A stretch of DNA of 64,000 nt from Eledone cirrhosa (Eukaryota): assembly GCA_964016885.1 (NCBI GenBank), contig OZ024740.1, positions 253,084,001-253,148,000 on the forward strand. The letters are read 5' to 3'. A program made the translations under genes and the position numbers. This document shows, piece after piece, positions 56,940 to 64,000 of the stretch. The notes under the pieces were generated by a model, which saw only the letters and a list, made by a program, of their open reading frames with translations, searched no databases and was not told the origin of the DNA. Numbering within the stretch: the first letter of the stretch is position 1; each line of letters opens with the position of its first letter.

Positions 56940-58878
56940 GGAAAAAAGATGAAATCGAAAATGCAAATGGAGTCTTATTTAAAAAAATATATATATATTT
57001 ATTTGGTTCCTTTACCGGTTTCGCAGTTCTTCTGCTTTTCAAAAGTAGAGTTGAGATAGAGGGTCTGTGGTTTTTCTAACATCTGGTTGGTCTTTGAATG
57101 TTACTTGTTTTATATGGAAAAAAGTGGCTCGAAACGCCAGGTTTTTAGAGAAGTAATTTGATTGGTTGGTGAATAAGTATAATAAATTTTGCGGCAGTTC
57201 GCGTTACAGAGTTCTTCAAAGAAAGATGAGGGGGGGGGGGAGGGGTCAGGTTGTTTGTTCATATATGAGTGAAGTTTGGTTGGTTGATGCAGTCACGTGA
57301 ATAAGCACATCAGCTTTCGCGCCAGTTTGTTTGAATTTCTTTTTACTTTAAAAAAAGTGGCTCATGAAGGCTTTTTTTAATTTTTTTTTTATAAATGTAA
57401 TTTGATTGGTTATAAATGAAATTATGACTGTCACGTGAACAAGTTCATTAAATTTCGCGCCCGTATTTTGGAATTTATTTTGTAGCTGTTTAGAGAATTT
57501 TATGACGAACAAGAGATAATGGTCAAGAGAAATGGGATGGGGAGAATTGTTCTGGTTCAGTGAATATGGCAGGTTGTTTTTTCATATATGAGTGAAGTTT
57601 GCTTGGTTGATGCAGTCACGTGAATAAGCACATCAACTTTCGCACCAGTTTGTTTGAATTTCATTTTACTTAAAAAAATAAAATGGTGGCTCACGAAGGC
57701 TTTTTTTAAAAAATGTAATTTGATTGGTTATAAATGAAATTATGATGGTCAAGAGAAATGGGATGGGGAGAATTGTTCAGGTTCAGTGAATATGGCTGGT
57801 TTGCTGGGGTGTCAGAATTCAGACTTTCTATTGAAATAAAGAAAGTAGAGATATGTATGTTTATTTGTGTGCTTGTGTGTGTGTGTATGTATATAGGAAG
57901 ATGATTCGATTAGTAGAAATGGGGGAGGGAGTTGTGTGTGTGTGTATGGGTGTTATGTGTGTGTGTGGGAGTATGTTAAGATGGAGAGAATATATATATT
58001 TTGTGTGTGTGTATGTGTGTAGGAAAGTGATTCTATTAGTAGAAATGAGGGAGGGAGTTGTGTGTGAGTGTGTGTGTGTGTGTGTGTGGAGGGGGGGGGG
58101 TTATGCGTGTGTGTATGGGTGTTATGTGTGTGTGGGAGTATGGTTAGCATGTTAAGATGAAGAGAATATATATATTTTGTGTGTGTGTGTGTAGGAAAAT
58201 GATTCCGTTAGTAGAAATATTTTTGAATAAACATATTTTCCTTATTTATTCGTATTTGTTCTGTTGTATTGTCAGCGCAAAGGTAAAATGGGAAGACTTG
58301 GAATTTGGGTGTCTTATTACTTGCGCATATGTCTAGATGTGCACTTAGTAGTATCTGTCTCGTGGTTGGATCTCGTAATTGTTGGCGATGAACTGTCATT
58401 CTGTTTCTGAGTGTGAGTTTAGTTTGTCCTATATAATCTTCATTGCATCCTTTACATTTAATGGCATAAACTAGATTTTTTGATGAGCAAGTGAAGTGAT
58501 TTTTTACAGCAAAATTTTGTCCTGATTGAAATGTATACGTGTTGCTTTCAATGAGGTGAGTGCAGGTTCCACAATTAGAGCGACCACATTTTTTGACAGT
58601 TGGTTGTGGATTTGTGGTAGGTAATTTGGCATTGGTGAGTAATGTCTTTAGTGATTTCGGTTGTCTTTTGCTTTTGATTATTTTGTGTGTTTCAAATGGC
58701 TTTTTTCATTCTTGGGTCTTGTTTCAATAGTGGGATGTTCTTGTGAATAGTGTTGTAAGCTTCCGCATTTCTTGGGTTGTGTGTTGAGATATATGATAGA
58801 ATATTGGACGTACCTTGAATTTGTTTCTGTTTTCGTAATTCATTATTCGTTATTGCTTTAGCTCATTCTATTCCATTA
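56940..58878 (-). mobile_element. 5'-truncated Neptune-like PLE (zinc finger, GIY-YIG, 3' region)
   Basis: Minus strand encodes KCGRSNCGTC..FTCSSKNLVYAIKCKGC..YIGQT..MTVHRQQLRD; related to the 52868 ORF. Confidence 0.85.
57009..57046 (-). ncRNA. Hammerhead motif with U3-A8 core variant at the PLE 3' end
   Basis: actt TTGAAAA gcag-aagaa-ctgc GAAA ccgg TA aagg. Confidence 0.6.
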
Positions 58879-58879
58879 T

Positions 58880-59062
58880 GTAATGGCAGTATCGGTAGAG
58901 GGTCGGACGCCATGCTTTGACGTATAGAGTTACAGCCATTCTGAGTTCAAATCCCGCCGAGGTTAACTTTGCCTTTCATCCTTACGGGGTCGATAAAATA
59001 CAGTACCAGTAATGCACTGGGTAATTGCTGGCCTTGTGCCTAACGTAGAAACAATTATTAAT
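58880..59062 (+). mobile_element. Nin/Deu-core SINE
   Basis: Same family as 3797-4000. Confidence 0.8.
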
Positions 59063-60407
59063 TTATTGAAAATAGCTCACACCGAAGCTATATGAAAAAT
59101 ACACAAGAATTATGGATGTTCTTTGTTTGTTTGTAAAAGTAGAATTAAATTGTATTTACCAAGAAAACTTCATGAACTTCACTGGCTTGGCTAAGAGATA
59201 GAGATTGAGTGAAAGAGAGAGAGAGAGTAAGAGTCTGTAAAACCAGGAGAGAGAGTAAGAGTCTGTAAGACCCCAATGGGTCTGTAGAAAGCAAATGTTT
59301 TACATCGTTACTCTATCAAGAACTGCTTTGAACTCCCTTTGTTTGGTCTAAGACATGCTATTTATATCTGTCGCTTCCTCTGTCCCTTGCCTTGCGAACG
59401 ACAGCGGTGACCTTGAGAGATTGCCCACGATTGTTTACGCCAAAAAGTGACTGTTAAATGTCACCCTGAGGTCAAGGTGTGGACAGATTTCACTACATTA
59501 GTTCCCCATCCAGATTGATGCTAGAGTAGTGATCAATTACAAAAGGGTTAGCGAAATATGATCACAGGAGCATGTCCCAAAACACATAAATCCTGGGCAC
59601 TGCTCCCGTATTTCATGCACAGAGAAATTTGGAAAGGAAAAAATTGTGTAAATGTGTATGCACGAGTGTGTGTGTAACATTTAAAAGAAGCTGTAAATAT
59701 ACAGAGTTGTGATCAACTCATGTATTTTAAACTGTTGTGTATGGATGGCCTGATGTGTGAGGTTGCGGTATTGGATATATATTATACAAAGGACAAAATC
59801 TCTCAATGCGTAATTTGTAACATGCTTTCCCAGTTAGTCGGGGAAGTCGTGACTGGATTGAGGTTTACGCTATGACATGAGTATGTGCAATTTCGAGTTG
59901 CGTGCTTGAGTGAGTTCAAGTGAGTTGAGTTCCAGTGTGGGTGAGTTTCGTGTGTCGATAGCTGTTGCCGTACCTCAACCAGGTGAAAAATGATCTCGCA
60001 GAATTTCGACACGCAGCAAGATACATTATAGATAACCAAATGTTTCTGTGTAAAAAGGAATGATGTGTGTTTGATGCAAAACGTGTATGTGCATGCAGGC
60101 ATATAATACAGTAAAAATGAACGTTCATTTACAACCTTTAAAAAATATATATATAATAATAATTGTTCTAAACAACAAAAAATTCAGTTTTTCTTTTCTC
60201 AGTCCTTTTTTAAAAAATATCTTTAGGTAATTTACTATTTTACGTTCACAAACTCAAATTATTCTATAAAAAAATTTTGCTTTCAATCATCAGAATGAAA
60301 AAATCCTGGCGTCTAGGATTTTTTCATTCTGATGATTGAAAGCAAAATTCTTTTGCTTTTAAGAAACCACTGGTAAATGAATTAATTGCCTTATGTTGTT
60401 TATTACA

Positions 60408-60501
<94 letters not shown>

Positions 60502-60726
60502 CTACTGTACGTCTGTATACATATATGTATGTACGTATACATACTTATATTTAAGTAACAGCCGTACTAAGAGTGAGAAATGAAATTTCGTTTCATTTTT
60601 TCCATTTATCGTTTTCGGTACCCCAGCCGATTAACTCACTCGATATGCAAATTAGGCTGCTCAGCCGTTAATATGCATAAGGAAAGTAAATACTTTCAGA
60701 CGTTCAACCATCTGGCAGGAAGGTAT

Positions 60727-60769
60727 ACGTTGCTGACGATAGCTAATAAGCTTGAAACTAGTACAGCGT
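60727..60769 (+). ncRNA. Minimal type I hammerhead ribozyme motif (paralogue of 808-850)
   Basis: acgttg CTGACGA t-agct-aata-agct-t GAAA ctag TA cagcgt. Confidence 0.8.
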
Positions 60770-60889
60770 TCCTTTGTCAGTGTTGAACAAATGAGCAACG
60801 ATGGCTTAATTCGAGATGTTTGTTTACAAACACAACGAGCATTATAATAAATGTTCGGTGAATCCATACGTACATATATATATGTGTGC

Positions 60890-60969
<80 letters not shown>

Positions 60970-61665
60970 TACTGTACGTCTGTATACATATATGTATGTA
61001 CGTATAGCATTGAAGGTAACAAGGAGACATGGTTTGTGTGTATAATATTTAATTAACAATCATGGATATATATAGAACAGTATAGTTGACATGTCAAAGT
61101 AATAGATGAAAGAATGAAGCAAAGTTAGTAGTTACCGTTTTGATTGCCAGGCAAACGCGAGACGCCTGGCGAAGGCCAGGCGCCGGAAGGGCAAATGAGA
61201 GAGGAAGAGAGCCGAAGGCTATTCGTTTTATAGGGCTCTGCCGGAAGTTACAGAAAGGGTTCTACTTCCCGTCTAGATGTTGTTAATCTATTGTGGTTGT
61301 GAGTCACAACAAGGGAGACAACCGCTACATACGTATACATACTTATATTTAAGTAACAGTCGTACTAAGAGTGAGAAATGAACTTTCGTTTCATTTTTTC
61401 CGTTGCTATATTGTTAATTTATTGAAAATAGCTTACGCCTGAGCTATACGAAAACAAGACAGGAATTATGTACGTTATTTGTTTGTTTGTAAAAGTAGAA
61501 TTAAATTGTATTTACCAAGAAAACTTCATGAACTTCACTGGCTAAGAGAGAGACCAAGAGATAGAGATTGAGTGAAAAAGAGAGAGAGTAAGAGTCTGTA
61601 AAACCAGGAGAGAGAGTAAGAGTCTGTAGACCCCAAGGGGTCTGTAGAAAGCAAATGTTTTACAT

Positions 61666-61942
61666 CAGGCAAGGGCAACTTTTTTTGAGAAGCGGGCCGC
61701 ATGAGATATGGCTCATCATCAGGCCGCAAGCGCTAATTTACATTTGTGCCCACATTAAAAAGAAGGTTTGTAACTTAATTTGTTTTGATTTGTTTCTTCA
61801 GAATTCGGATACGTTGTTTTCCTTGATCGTAAAAATGATAGAAAGAAAATATCGACTGAAAGGTTGAGGTAATAAAATCAGAAAAATTTCACTTAGGTGA
61901 GCCATTTAGAAAGCTTTGTGGGCCGCAGGTTGCCCATGACCG
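61666..61942. mobile_element. hAT-superfamily MITE (277 bp)
   Basis: TIRs CAGGCAAGGGCAAC / GTTGCCCATGACCG; 8-bp TSD TTTTACAT at 61658-61665 and 61943-61950; empty paralogous site at 59298-59305. Confidence 0.9.
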
Positions 61943-62870
61943 TTTTACATCGTTACTCTATCAGGAACTGCTTCAAACTCTCTTTGCTTGGTCTAAGACA
62001 GGCTATTTATATCTGTCGCTTCCTCTGTCCCCTGCCTTGAGAACCACAGGGGTGACCCCGAGAGTATCGCCCACGCACAGACTTGTTTACGATGTAGCGA
62101 GAGTACTGGGTTGCATGAATGTAACAAAACGAGACATGGTTTGTGTAGATAATATTTAATTAACAATGGTAGATAGTATAGTTGCATGTCAAAGAAATAG
62201 ATGATAGAATGAAACAAAGTTAGTCGTTACCGTTTTGATTGCCAGGCAAACGCGGCTGGCAGAGGACGCCTGGCTAAGGCCAGCCAGGCGCCGGAAGGCC
62301 AAATGAGAGGCAGAGCCAAATGAGAGAGTGAGAACTTAAAGTTGTTAGTTTTATAGGGTCCTGACCGGAAGTTACAGAAAGGGTTCTACTTCCCGTCTAG
62401 ATGTTAATCCAAACAAGGGAGACAACCGCTACAAGCCCGTCATCTCCCCCATCTCTCTCGCCCTCTCCATCTCTCTGTATAGTGAGCAAATGGGGTCCTA
62501 CATGCTGGCTGTCCCACAGCCCTGGCGGACAGAAAAGAAATGACGTTTCCCCGGAAATTAGGAGAGAATCGCTGGAAGAGCCATTCAGTTGCTAGTTTTT
62601 CAAACTGCCAAGACATTGTAGTGAAAGCTGTCCACACCTTTACCTCAGGGTGACATTTAACAGTCATGTTTTGTCGCTAAAGGCTCTTCTGTGTTCAAAC
62701 ACATTGCACCCGTCAAGAGTGTATTTTCATACTTGTGATGAACATTGTGAGAAAACGACTATTTCACCTGTAAGACAAGAGTTATCTCTCTAGACACAAC
62801 CAGAGAATGTCTAGGATACAAAAGCAGGCACTCCCACTGAACTGTTCAGTTTAAGTATTAAGTAACACTT

Positions 62871-62952
62871 GGGCGGAAGTGACGTCACCGAGCCTTTGCG
62901 CATGTATTCGCTACACACCCTACGTCGAGCAAACTTCGATCTCATCGGCGGG
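62871..62952. promoter_or_regulatory. Candidate promoter-like motif cluster (ETS-CRE composite, NRF1-like half site)
   Basis: CGGAAGTGACGTCA at 62874-62887 and TGCGCATG at 62897-62904 in a short CpG-rich patch. Confidence 0.35.
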
Positions 62953-64000
62953 CATATATGCATATATGAGTGGAAGTGTATTTATGTATTTTTATATACA
63001 TGTGTGCACATGTGTATGTATGTATAGGTACATATGTATAAGATTATATGTGTGTCTATATACCTATGATATGATATGTGTGTGTGCATTCTCTGTACAC
63101 ACACACATATATGTTAGCTTTGCAGTCTGATCGACAGTAATTTCTGTATGTCTATGTGCGTATGTGTACATATGTATATACTTCTGTATATGTAAGTGCG
63201 TGTGTGTATCTAGATGTAAGCGAGTGATTTTGCGAGTATATGAACGGTGAATATTTTCGGAACGCACTCAAGTTAATAACCCTACTGTTCGCCGGTTACA
63301 CCGGTTTTGTTTAACGATTAAAAACCACGCTTGATTTGAAAGCGCTACGCATATGTGTATACGTGTATATATATACCTACAATATGTGTGTGTGTGTATA
63401 TTCTATACATACGCATATATGTATATGTTAGTTTTACAGTCGGGTCGACTAATTTTTCATATACGTGTGTGTTTATGTGCGAATGTGTACATATGTATTT
63501 ATATTTTTAAAACAATTTTATACGCCCCCCCCCCCCCCCCGAAAAAACCCAAATGGCATTCAACACACATCTGGGACTACATACAACAAAAGGCAGTGGA
63601 CAACCGAGCAGTACCGCGAGGAGCACTGGGAAACCTCTAATGATTTTTTAAGCACGCCAGCCTCTATATATTTCTGTAAACGTGATTGCATATGGGCATC
63701 TATATGTATGCTAGGGATTGTGTGAGTATATATCTGTATGTATATGTATATTTGAACGGGGATTATTTTTAGAACGTGCTAAATCTGTATAGGCCTATTG
63801 TTCCCCGGATTTGTTAATCGATTAAAAACAACGCTTGATTTGAAAGCATTCAACATGTTTATTTACCATTGAAAATTTAACAATGATTGAGGTAATATTT
63901 AATAATTTTTATTTCACAACTAAAGTTCATCTGGCTAATCTTACTGGTTAATCGATCCACCATAAATAGACTTGTGCAGTGACCTACATTCCGCGGGCTC

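Larger units (their letters stand above)
59055..62675. repeat. Mosaic of an unclassified repeat family in direct and inverted segments
   Basis: 59055-59430 matches 61410-62090; 61020-61330 matches 62130-62432; 59450-59497 is inverted at 62617-62666; 59860-60200 matches 36232-36560. Confidence 0.75.

Noticed and set aside
60329-60345. CTGATGAttGAAA inside a palindrome
   Set aside because: No room for stem II; not a hammerhead.

Overview
AT-rich, repeat-saturated eukaryotic DNA; the SINE/LINE repertoire points to an octopod cephalopod (inference). One host gene is supported: the 3' half of CEP95 on the + strand (five clear coding exons, 11427-23221, plus one candidate upstream exon). One of its introns (13437-18275) is a minor-spliceosome U12-type AT-AC intron stuffed with retroelements. 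The rest is transposon-derived: decayed RTE-type LINEs (APE-RT with a PHD-like finger), tRNA-derived SINEs sharing the RTE 3' tail, Nin/Deu-type SINEs, five Penelope-like element (PLE) copies or fragments (Naiad-like and Neptune-like), hAT, mariner and piggyBac-like MITEs, and long (AT)n arrays. The main unannotated signal is about 12 apparently foldable type I hammerhead ribozyme (HHR) motifs, plus decayed ones, from several unrelated sequence contexts. They include minimal motifs with a palindromic stem III, U3-A8 core variants at PLE 3' ends, two motifs with a 120-145 nt insertion in stem II, and sense/antisense pairs inside fold-back inverted repeats. All folds were derived by eye; no ribozyme activity or expression is shown.
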